64,000 nucleotides of DNA from Lingula anatina. Taxonomy: Eukaryota; Animalia; Brachiopoda. Below are positions 26,801 to 38,900 of the stretch, piece after piece. Made by a program: the position numbers and the translations under genes. A model generated the notes under the pieces. The model did no database searches and was not told the DNA's origin. It saw only the letters and a program-made list of their open reading frames with translations. How positions within the stretch are numbered: position 1 is the stretch's first letter; each line of letters begins with the position of its first letter. The stretch covers positions 5,084,001 through 5,148,000 of the forward strand of contig CM120641.1 in NCBI GenBank assembly GCA_051362555.1, in the 5' to 3' direction.

Positions 26801-29613
26801 CAAATTCTATATCAACATCATCAGCTGTAACAGCACTGGCTGCAGCTTCTTCATAAAAAGCAGCTGGTGGCGACCTCTGGCGATCCATCTCAGGCTCAGG
26901 TTCGGGGTCTGGTGTAGGCTGGTGTCTAGTTCGCTGAGCTGGGGGCCGGCTTGGTGGATGAGGTTTGACTCTGCTTGGCTTCTTTGGGAAGACATCTTTT
27001 GGTGTGATGGGTTTTTCATGGACTGGACCCGAATGACCATTAAAATGAGAAACATTACTAGTAGAAGCACCATAACTTTCTCCTTCTTCTTCTCCTTCTT
27101 CTCTGCCTCTTTGTTCTTCTTTCAGTGCTCTCTGTTCCTCTTCTCTTTTCCTCTGCTCATCGGCTGCTTGTTGAAGACGTCTTTTTCGCTCCCTTTCTGC
27201 TGCTTCCTTTTTAGCTTGTTTCTTCTCCTGTAAATAAAACCTTTATCTTAGGGCTCATTCCCAATAAAACTATCAATTTACAAATAAAAGTCCAACTCCA
27301 CAGGGACTCTCACTGAATGCAATCAGGTTAACAGATTAACATGCCTCCTCTTGTTTCCAACGTACTTGTATTCTACTCAAGGAAGAGGCATGTTAATCTA
27401 CTGATCTGATTGCATTCAGTAAAAGTCCCCACAGAGCTGGATGGATCTACATAGAACAATAATTTCATTGGGAATGAGCCTTAAATCATTTGAAAATAAG
27501 CATGTCTTGCAAATATGTAAAAAAAAAAAAACTGACAAAAATGAAAAGAAAAAAGTGACTCATTTTTATCTTAATTGGTCAGTTTCTTAATTCTGGAGTT
27601 AATTCATCCTTTTTCTAACCAACAACATATTATCTTACATTTTGCTGACTCATACATCCAGAAAAGGATCAAAATACTATGTATCAATTAATATTTAATG
27701 CAATGTTTCTTTGATAATAGGATCTGTACTTTCGCGATTATATTTCAAAGACAAATGGAATTGAAATAAATCAAATACTGTCACTTTTCTTATGAATTAA
27801 GCATCCAATAGACAAAAGTGTAGTAATATCAACAAGGCTAACACTGTATCATGTTATTGGTTACTACATTTTTATCTGCAATAATAAGATGCTGGCTCAT
27901 GAAATTAGAGGTTGTGAAGGGAAACAAAATTCAAGTGACTGGAAATTCTATCAGTTTGGCAATACCTCATGCATGACAAGTGCTCAGAGTTGAGTCACTA
28001 ATAGATGCAATTAAACTTGTATGGAAAAGTTCATTAGCACTTCTTTATAATGCAGTATCAGTGCAACCCAGACTTCCACTTTGTTGTCTTATCAGATTAG
28101 CCTTTCCAAGGCGTAATCATAAAAAAGTGCCATTCTAATAAATGTCAGAATATCACTGGAACCAAGTAAATTTCAATTTACAACACAATCATGCACACCT
28201 ACCGCAATAACCTGAATTTGTCTTGTCAATTACAGTACAAAATATGTACTAGTATATCTGCAGAAATAAGTTCATGCATATTTTCTTTTTGCAGATATAA
28301 TGATAAATTCTTTTCACATGTTCAGTCCACATTTTTTCTCACTCTCTGCTATCAACATTTCAGAAACTTAACTTACCCCTCATTTCATTAATCACAATAG
28401 ATATGCATCTCTTTTGGTCAAATGCATTTATATTCAGTTTCTATGAATTTCAAAAAAAGACAATTCTTATATTGTTCAAAAAAAAAAGAAATCCACGTTT
28501 TTTTTTTTAATTTTCTGTAACGAAAAGAAAAATCAACAAAATTACCTCTTCTTCTGCTCTTAGCCTCTCCTGCTGTAATTGCTTCAACTCCTCTTGCCGT
28601 TTTGCTAAAAGTCTCAAAAGCTCTTTTTCTTCTTGTTGTTTCTTTAATTGTTCCTGGCGTCTTTCTTCCTGCTCTTCTTCTTCTCTGGCAGCTTCTTCCC
28701 TGTCCTCATCATTGCTATCACCACCCTCCTCACCATCATCTCTGTCAAAAGTACCATCATATACATCATTCTGAGCATGTTGTTGTTGGTGAGCTGCCAG
28801 CCTTTTCTCCCTAGCTGCATCTTGTTCCATCTGCCACTTTTGAAAGTCTGTTATTTTTGGTTTTGCTTTTGGCTTTGACTGATTTCTCACAGGTTCTTCA
28901 TCACTCGACTCAATGTCATGTTTAAAAACCTGTGCTTTTCGTTGCTTATATTTAGCAACCCTAGCCTTTGAACTACCAGACAGTATATTCTGTTTTTCAG
29001 CATTGCTTTCTGGAGAGTTAATATTGCCTTCACTACCATAATGTAAATTATTTCCAGAATTTTCTTTATTTTTTAGGTTACTAGATTGCCGAGCACTTTG
29101 CTTCTTTGGGGGTTTGGGTGAGTTGATTACTGCACCATCACTGAGGCTGCCACTTTCATAAGTTTTTGTCCGCTCAATTGGAGCAAGGGGGTGTGCTCTA
29201 TCCCTCCCTGCACTGTTTTTTTGTTGGGGTTGATGTCCAGGGGGTACAGGGGGTTTTGACGGCTGGAAGCCTGATGGACCACCATATTCATATTTCTTTT
29301 TTGCTTTATAATGTTGATGAATGTTTGGTACAACTGACTGTTGACTGGCAATGTTTCTTCTTTCATTGAAGAAGTCTCTGACCATCCCTCTTCCACTGTT
29401 CTGAGCAACACGCTCCATTGCACGTTTTTGATTTTCCTCATACAATTTTGCAAGCTTCTGTTCCTTCTCTCTCATCAATTTTGCTTGGTAATCAATCTGA
29501 AGCTGCTGCAGTCTAGACAGTGGTTTTTGCCCCTGGCCCTGACCTTGGAAACCAGACGCCATGTTTCTTGTACTAGATGGATGATCGATCGCAGTGGGGC
29601 CGTGATAAGCCAT
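23880..29613 (-). CDS. ZC2HC1C: Zinc finger C2HC domain-containing protein 1C-like (~638 aa); coding exons 29613-28546, 27227-26628, 24128-23880
   Basis: Three phase-0 exons (1068+600+249 nt) with canonical splice sites join in frame. Two zf-C2HC_2-type fingers (CSICGRKFASDRLDKHMKVC; CPHCQRKFNETAAERHIPRC) plus the family motifs KRKVFD..MR.KGT, SNWRAQHEEFI and PPPPPTENPDYVQC. The long charged/coiled-coil N-terminus fits the 1C type. Probable 5' UTR exon donor at 31885 (aag|gtaagt on -). Confidence 0.85.
27251..27481. mobile_element. Hairpin (foldback) MITE, PIF/Harbinger-like, in ZC2HC1C-like intron
   Basis: Ends GGGCTCATTCCCAAT...ATTGGGAATGAGCC with long internal inverted arms (ctgaatgcaatcag/ctgattgcattcag; gattaacatgcctc/gaggcatgttaatc). 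Flanks TTA/TAA. A related copy lies at 55951-56147. Confidence 0.75.
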
Positions 29614-31884
29614 TAACCAAAGGTAGGCTTACTGCAAGTAAAGAATTATGTATGTAAAAAAGACTAAAATAATAATATATACAATGACATTTTTGCATAA
29701 ATCAAACATATTGAGCACATAATGCCTAAATTACAATGTAGTTCATTATGGGTTTTCAAAGTTTTCCAAGTTACTGTAATCTTTTCTTTGATATATCCTT
29801 CAAGAGTTGCATGCTGCACACATTTTATAAGTAAATTGAATTATGATAGCCAACTTGCATGCCATGGGAACAAGATTTTCACCTCTAGAAACCAATCAGT
29901 ATCAATTACCCATTCGCTATCACACCCTGATTGGAGTTCAGCTTCTGTGACCATAGATAATCAGAAACAAAATTGATATTTCGTAGAGGTGCCAGAAACT
30001 GGACAAATGCATGTAAGCAATCTGTTTGGCTACTCATTTGATCACCTATTGTGGCTAGTTTTTAGCCAGTAATTCAACATATCTATATGTGTGTGTGACA
30101 ACTAATTAAAATCAGACTCTTTTAACTGTCATGTGCATATTGTGAAACATTCTATTTGAGACAAATTAGCTGTGTGAGGTGAAATGCTCGATAAAGGGCA
30201 ATGCTTTCTACAGTAATGCAGTGTGTTCTCCACCCCCTTTAATTTAGAAAAATCAGCAAATGCATGTTTTCAATCAGAAAGTACATAACTGGGTTGCAGA
30301 ATTGCAGAAACCTGACAAGACCATCTACCGTGAAGAATCAATCATGACTGGGCATACATTGTTGTACATCCTCCCCTTAGCGGAAAGCCTTTTGGACTGG
30401 ATGATATTGATGTACCTCAATTCAACATCAATATCCAAGTGCATTTTGAAGTACCTGGGCAATAATGTTTTAGACAACTTGTCAGCTAGTAAATCATTTA
30501 TCTTTTACATAGCAATAAACACATTGCAAATAACAAGTTCCATAACAACTTTTCATAACAATCAATTTACAAGAGTCAGTATGCTCTTTCATCATCATTC
30601 AAGGTGACGTGTTTAATGTGCTGAAAACCATTAACAAATGATAAAAGCTTCGTTAACAGGCAAGGCCACACCCATGTGAAGTTAAGATATTTGATCCACT
30701 AACGCACTGTATTTGTAATATTTGGGGACCTTAGATAAATGTTTTACCATACATATAATGATATATGCTACAAATTGGCATACAGTATTTGCTTAAAGAA
30801 GTGAATCCCCCACTTGACTAATTGGAATTCAATGCTCACAATCAATGAATATTACATAAGCATATGGCAAGCATTTCCTATGAAAGGTGTTATTATGCAA
30901 TTTCCATTTGTTATCAGCATCAAGAAAAACCTATTTTATAGCTAATTAGTAGAACAGACACTGACAGATTATTGTAATATACTGGTATATCCATTAACCA
31001 CGCTTTTGAGACAATAACAGCATACCCTTTACCTTACTGACGCAAAGCCTCCCTATACCAGAATACCTCAAAAATGTGATGACTTAATACATCCATTCAA
31101 ACTTCTTTTGTAGCTACACAATTACCATGTATAGACTGATAACATGTCAAGCCATGCCTCAGACTGGTAAGATATAATGCTTCTGGTGGCAAAAATATTA
31201 CACATAAATAAATTTGGCAATGCGCAATGAAACTTTAATTTACTTTGTGACTACCCCATTATCTTTAACATTAATAATAATAATATTTTTGTTTTACCAT
31301 CAATTTGAATAGAAAATGGTATGCCATATAAATTCTTCCAATGTAATGGCCTTTTATTATTGTTTTTTTTTCTTTACTTTTAAATAATGATAATAATGTA
31401 TGTACTTCCTTACACTTTTCATTGTTTTAAAAAAAATATTTTTATTTAAAAATACTGGTGCACATGGATATCCAAAATCTCCCACAAATTACATAAAAAG
31501 GATTTATACCATGTCTTTTTCAAAAACTGCATTTTATATCATAAACTCTACCCTTAAGTCATTACCAACAGTAGGTAAAAGTTTTTTATGTGCTGAATAA
31601 TTATTAAATTAGCTGAGCTTTCTTTGACTACTGGTATTTCCAGAAATTATCCTTATTTTAATATTATTTATCTAATTCAAGAAAAATTACTTCGTATTCA
31701 GGTAACTAAAAAGTTAAGACGTCTTTTCCACCTGTCAAACTTGGAATGTAAGGGAATGCCTATCTCAAAACAAGTAGCAAAAGTTTTGAACTACATTGTA
31801 TTTTATAAAATGATCAGTATTAATGACATAAAAGCGCAGGGACAAATATACCAATCAAATCTTTCCAAATAAAAGACAACTTAC

Positions 31885-32558
31885 CTTTCAGCCAAGCGTG
31901 GACACATTCAAATAATGTGACAGTGTTGCAGCAGCTGTGTTGAGGAATGTCGTAAACTTTAGGGGTCATCAGAACAGCAAGTGCTTGTTTGTCTGTCTCA
32001 GCCTAGGTCAGATTTAAACCGGAAGTTGACAAATCAAGAAATAGTTCAGGAATTCGGAGCTTTTTGACTTTATAATAGGTAGTTATTGGTGAAATATTAG
32101 TTCATAGAAGGTTTATGTTTATCTTTTGTAAATTTACTGTGAATCAAAGGCCATGTATTGATCAAATATAGACGCGGATAAATTTCTTGGCATTGGTTGC
32201 TTAGATACGGATAAATAAATTTTCATCACGTTGTTTCTCGCTTCGGTCACGCGAGAAGAAAACATTGGCCGGCATGGCGGTCAAGGTCAAGTATCGTAGT
32301 GTAGATTTGCAACGAAGAAAGTTTACGCGAGTGCTTATTGGTGAGAAAAGACCAAGATACCATGAACCACTTTCATGGTTATATCAGTCTCTATTTACAG
32401 AATGAATTGGCATTACTTTAGTGATGTGGAATCCTTTTAAAATAGCATAGAGAATGCTAGCGTCTCCGTGCAGCCTGAAAAAGTCGGGTTCATTGTACGT
32501 TGTACATATGTGCATTCTCAAAAAATGAATAAGGATGAGAATAAAAATGAAACAGCAG
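31885..32558. promoter_or_regulatory. Bidirectional promoter and 5' UTR exons of ZC2HC1C-like (-) and MLH3 (+)
   Basis: Locally CpG-richer. ETS/GABP site CCGGAAGT 32019-32026; RFX X-box-like GTTGCTTAGATAC 32196-32208; TCACGCGAGA ~32247-32256; YY1-like CATGGCGG 32273-32280. Outward splice donors at 31885 (-) and 32558 (+, CAG|gtaagc). Confidence 0.6.
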
Positions 32559-32926
32559 GTAAGCATATAAAAGTCTAAGCTGAAAACCATAAATTGATTT
32601 GAATTTTAAGATTATGATTTAGTTTAGCTGAAATAAATGTTGAGTTTTGGCCGTCAGAATGTCAGAATGAAAGTTTTGAAACTACTGTACTGTTTTATCA
32701 AGGTTCAGCCACACCGCATACAACTACCTGGTTTTATAAAAATGAAATTCAAATGTTGTTAAAAAGAAGAAAAAATTTAACTTGTAGGCCAGAAATCTCT
32801 GTGCGCCTTTATAAAATCCCATTTTTTTTCATCAAAAGCTAACCTCGTGTAATTCTTCATCCATGTTATTGACTTAAATACTGACTTTTTTCTGTATATT
32901 TTTCCCTTTTTTTTAGAGTTGACATA

Positions 32927-35900
32927 ATGATACGTCCCCTTGACAGTGACATTGTGTCTAAGCTGCGGTCTGGTGTTGCAGTGGCTACATATGCTCAATG
33001 TGTGGAGGAGCTGGTACTTAACTCACTGGACGCAGGTTCAACCTGTGTTGCAGTAAGAGTTGACTTGATGTATAATAAGATTCAAGTGGTAGATAATGGG
33101 AATGGAATTGATCCAAATGAGATGCACCTTGTTGGAGAGAGGTGATTAGCTTATAGTTAATTTCATAATATAGATTATTCCTCTTTTCTATTCATTCTGA
33201 GAAACTTTACGCCACCTATTTTATTACCAATTTAGAATAAGATACATGTAAATTTCGAAGTTCAATTTAAGTTTTTTAATAAATATGAACAGTTAGAAAA
33301 GTTCTGTGAAGGAAAATGATGTTTCAGAGATAAAGATACTGGAATGAGTCTTATATTACATAGAGCTACTTTTCATTCTCTAGCAATCTCTTTTTGAATT
33401 TTTGTATGTTTCATTTCTGTGTTTTATTTCATAACAGCTTTAGTCTTGTGGTATTAAACTTTAATTTTTCATTAATAATATGTGTGTTCAAAGATGCTAC
33501 TATTGCAAAGGACTTTAAAAGGCCAAAAACAAGTTAAAATTGTATTGTTCTCTTTTCAGGTACTCCACCAGCAAATGCCATGAGATAACTGATCTAGACA
33601 ACCTCAGGTATTATGGATATCGTGGTGAGGCTTTGGCAAGTATTCGAGATATAGCTGCAATCTTGGAAATCCAGTCAAAGACTAAACAGACTGGTAATAT
33701 GTATTACAAGATCTTTCGTAATGGTAACCTACTGGAGAGTGGAAAATCAAAGCAACGTCGTCCAAGTGTAGGAACAACAGTTACAGGTATTTTTTCAACT
33801 CATTGAAATGAAATATAAACTGTGATAATATAAAATGCATAAAGATTAAATTTTATGTACCCATTATCAGTGTATGAAATTCAAGGAAATTACTAGCCAG
33901 ACCGCCGGGCAGGTAACTGTGAAAAGTTACCAGCCCAGCCATGTAGTTACCTGCCCTAGTTATGATAACCCCTAGAGTTAAAGGAGGTATGCTGAGGGGG
34001 TCTAGAATGCATTCTTGGGAGAGTAATTTGGAAATGAAAGGGCAATATCATGCCTTATGCGTGGAAATTTAGAAATTGGTTGGAATTTCTACTGAATGAT
34101 ACCTTGTCAGTGTTGGATTTAGAGGGGGGTCAGGGGGGTCCTGACGCCCCCCCCCCCCTTTCAATTTCTGCAAAAAAAAAAAAAAAAAAAAAAAAAACTC
34201 CCCTCTTGAAATAAGACTTTTCACTAGTTGAATCATAGTTCTAAACCATACCAAATGGCACCATTCACCATCTAAAATACCAAAAATTTTCAGGGCCCTT
34301 TAGCGGGCGGGGGAGGGGGGTAGTCAATTCAGTTTATGTTCACCTTGCAGGCTGTCTCATTTCTCCTTCAATAATTTATTCATAACTTTTATTCCGATTT
34401 CGTGATATCATTTGATCATAATTTTTGCTTTTCTGTATAGCAACAAGTATGACCAAATACTTATACTGTGTATATTCTTGTCAAATAAATCGATCTCTGT
34501 GCTGACAATAAAGAAGAAAGAATTCAGCACGTAGGGTCCCTTTGAATATCCCTTAAAGCGGTCGGGAACGGTCCTGCACGCTAATGACCCATAGACAGTC
34601 CTGCAGGGCCTCGTATCTCGAAAGCATCGCTTATTGAGAATAGCTATATCACACAGAGGCTACAATATATTATATGGGGCGAGTATGGGCGAGTTATTGG
34701 ATCGAGATGCTTGCGCTCGGTCGCAATGCGTGACACTTTTGAGTTACGGTTTTACAAAAAATGTTGCCGCTCGACTCATTGCAAATCGAAGTCACCTTTC
34801 CATGGGTCCCAATTTGTTCTCTTTCGTTTGGATCTGTCGTAATCTTTCTTATTTTTATTTCTTCCCTCAATTATTTTTCTTTTGTGAACTTCTCTATCTG
34901 ACTTGATAGAATTTTTTTTTTTCATTTTTGACAGCCCAAGATGAAAGCACGTGGGAAAAGAACTACATCTGATGCACAGCGTAAACTCGGTAGTTCACTC
35001 ATAATTTTGGGATTCAAATTTTTTGTAAAATTCTCCTTTAATTTGCCTCCGTTGCCTTTATTACTGTTGATTATAAGCACTTCATGTACCTGTAAGTCTA
35101 TTTAATCAATATCATAACTTTTTATACTTTCACATTTTTATTACTCTCAACCTACAAATTGCTACTCGCGGTATCTCTACACAAAACAATGACGTAACGT
35201 TATCTGCTGTGCAAGCTGGTTAAGATCAATGTGCCTCGTTTCAAATTGTCTTTCAACTTCATATCACACAGACAGAACTTTGAAAACGAGGCCACTGAGA
35301 GGGAGACTGTTGGTTACATTTCGATACGAGCGTTCGATTGCAAGCTATGGTTAGTTCTTTAATTGCTTCTATGAAAGTGGGTGAAAACAGTGAGTTGATT
35401 TGATATTTTGCTGAAATCGCTTGTGAACATAGACAAAATAAAAGGTGAATATAGGCTGTAAAAATAGCCAGCCCGTCGGGCGGGTAATTTGTAAATCTTA
35501 CCCGCCCGGCCTGAAAGTTACCAGCCTCGGGCTGGCGGGCTGGCGGCCATTTCATACACTGCCATTATTATTGTACACAAATTGGAAAGGAGAAATAACT
35601 CCCATTGAAGTTTGCTCAGCAATGAGTGAATGTAATATCCACTTGTATTTTCAGACTGATCAAACTTTTTTTTTATTTTTAGCTTATGTACTCAGTTTAT
35701 TTTAGATGTGTTTGATTGATTTAATTTCCTTAGGTTTTTATTTTTTTAATGTGTCTTATGCACAAAGAATGCAAAATGTCTTTTAATTGTAATTCAGGTA
35801 ACAGTGCTAAGGGGTCATCCATTGTTATCATCATTTTCACAAGTCTACAGACCATATGCAGGGAGGGAGAGTTGATTAATGTCCACTGTGTGCTTTAGGA

Positions 35901-38900
35901 AAGCTCAATATTTTTAGCTTTTCACCTTGTACTCTCTGAAGGGAGTCAGGAGTCTGGGAAAAGCTTTCTTGTTGTAGACTTGTGAAAATCATGTTTATTC
36001 AATCTTTTTTTATGGGCAATGCATTTTGTGCATTTTTTAGCTCTTGACATGTTCTACAATTTACCAGTCAGAAGAAAAGGTATGAATGCATCACTAGAGA
36101 TGGAAAAAATCCGCAACAGAATTGAATGCATTGCCCTGATACACCCAAACGCCTCTCTTTCACTAAGAGATGACACATCAGGTAGGTTAAACACCTTTTT
36201 TATTGGAATGGTTTTTATTTTCTGTTACATGTCTGTATTTTTGCCAACTTTGTTGTCAAGTTTACTTATCTTTAAAATTTTTCTCAGATGTTCAAAAGAC
36301 TTTATATCATACTATGCAATGTATTGAATTGTTGCCTAAAGTGGTGTTTACTACTATTTTAGGGACCAAACTTCTGCAGACCCATAAGAGTAGCACAGTC
36401 ATTGGAGCATTTACTCATCTGTTTGGATCCTCAAAGGCAAGACACCTGAAGAAGGTAGAGAGCAGAAACGGTCAATTTCAGTTACAAGGCTATATCAGCA
36501 AAGAAGGACATTCAAATCGCAATTTGCAATTCATTTACATCAATGAGCGGCTGTTGCTTAAAACTAAACTACATAAATTTGTGAATTATCTACTTTCGAA
36601 ATCCATGATTGTTAGGAAGAGAAGCAGACTAGATGAAAGACAAAAGGGGACCCCTGATTATACCGTCGCAACATCAAGCCCATCAAGACAGGTGGATAGG
36701 TATGGGATTTTTGTATTAAATGTTACTTGCTCCCTCAGAGAGTATGATATCACCCTTGACCCTGCTAAAACATTAGTGGAATTCAAGAACTGGGATGGAA
36801 TCTTAGCATGTATTCAACAGGGAGTGCAGGGATTTTTGGAAAGGGAAAATCTACTTATGGGGTTGGAAAAGCCAAAATCAGAGAATGAGTCAGGGAAATT
36901 GAAGTTAGATGGTTTGTCTGCTGATGGCGAAATTGTCCAAGTTCCACCAGCCAGTGCCAAAGATAAAGAAAAATCAGAGAAGCAGGATGGAGAAGAAGCC
37001 AATGCCAAGGGTCTTGATCTAGATGCCACTTCAGGAGAAGCTGGAGCAAAAAAATGCAGCAGCAGTATATGTGCTTTCAACACAACCAATAATTTGGTGT
37101 CTAAAACAGTGAAAAGAAAACTTCCACTCACAGTGTCTCTTAATGAAAAAGTAGAAGGATCACCTAAAGAAATAAATGAGGCAGAAAGCTTGCATTCATG
37201 TGGATCAAGTCAGGGCAGAAATATTCACAGCTTGGAAAAGACTAGTCCTCTTCAAATTACACCTGAAAAGTCTGGAACCTCCTCTCAGCATGGTCTTGAA
37301 AATCCTACATTTTGTGGCCTTTCACCAGAGTTGGGCAGTGAAGGCAAAACATTTGAAGATTCAGAAGAATTACCAACAATAAGAAGACCTAGAAAAAAAA
37401 CACAGAAACATTCATCTGACACAGAGTGCTGTTTGTCCCAAATGCAAGAAGATTCATTGAATCAGTTTCTTACCCCATATTCGATGAGTAACAATCATGG
37501 TGAAGGAAAAATGAAAGATGATATAGGGACAGAAAGCCTAGGGCAAAATGATGTTGATACAAGTTCTGGTCTCTCTGTGTCTTCTGAAGAAATCACACCT
37601 GGACAAGGTACACCAAGGGTAACAGATTCTAAACTCAAATGTTTAACCCCAGTAGTGAAACCTGCTGAATGTTCTGGTCCAAACTCAACAGGTAGTAGAG
37701 AACCTATCTCAGAAAGAAAATCAGAGTGTGATAAGTGCAGGAGAGATCCATGTGTATGCATCTCAGGGCAGCCTTTCTGTGATAAAGACAAAAAGCATGG
37801 AGACATAAAGAATTTGACAATTGGATGTGAACAACCATCTGGATTGACACCGTTGAAGAAACTACGTCAAAAGATATCAGCTAGAGATAAGAATTCCACA
37901 AAATCTAGCATATTCTACAGAAGTTGTGTTCCTGGGACTGAACCATTTTCCCAGGAGAAGGATGTTACTGCTTCTGCAAGCAATCAAAATGCCAATAGTT
38001 TCAACAGCTCAGATCACTTTCAGAAGAGAAAGAGTATTGATAATTCTAAGGAAAGCTGTGCAGAGAATACAAATCATGATTTGCCTAAAAAGATAATGAC
38101 ACTGACAGACTTGCGCACTCTCAACAAAATGAAAAATTCAAACCAGTACAGCAGACCAGACAAGCTTGTTGAACTGAAACCACTGAAGAAAATCAGAGAA
38201 AAACTGTCAAGTTTCAAGAGGACTGAAGGAGTTCAAAAGACTAAAGCAGAAGACATGTATTCAACTCCACAAGAATTGATTAGGAAAGACAGTAGTATTC
38301 CTCCTCCTTGTACCCCAAAACTTGGGTGCGCTTCAAATTTACATCATTGGAGTTCTTCCCATGATTGCAGTGCTAGCAAAAGAGAAAATGAAACTTGTCA
38401 TCCGTTGAGACATTCCACACCACTTACCATTGCAACAGAAAAAGACTCCTTTGGAATTCCTTCAATCTCAATTATTCCTCAAGAATGTGATGAAAATAAG
38501 AAAAATGATATGCAAGAACATTATGATGGTTGTCAGTCTGACATCAGAAATTGTAATTATTCTTACCTTCATCATTCTTCAATTATCGATGTAAGAGGCA
38601 AACAAGGTGTTTCCTTGGTCAATAGCCTGAACTTAATGACTGCAGATGCTACAGTTGACAGAAGTTGTCTCAAAAATGTCAGCTTGGTTAAAGAGCCATT
38701 TGTGGACACATTTCAAAACTATGCCTTTCCTTCCAAGGAAAATTACAAACCAGAAAATGATCTCACTTCTGTGCCTACATGTACAAAGTCTTATCCTGCC
38801 TGTGATTTAGCCTCATACTGTCAAAGTTTCCACAGAGACAGGTTTGCCCCACTCTGTCTGGAATCTTCTGTGCAACAAGCAGTGAAAATTATGTCCTCAG

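Noticed and set aside
26604-29616. Antisense/overlapping ORFs over the ZC2HC1C-like exons
   Set aside because: Shadow ORFs of the purine-rich coding strand.
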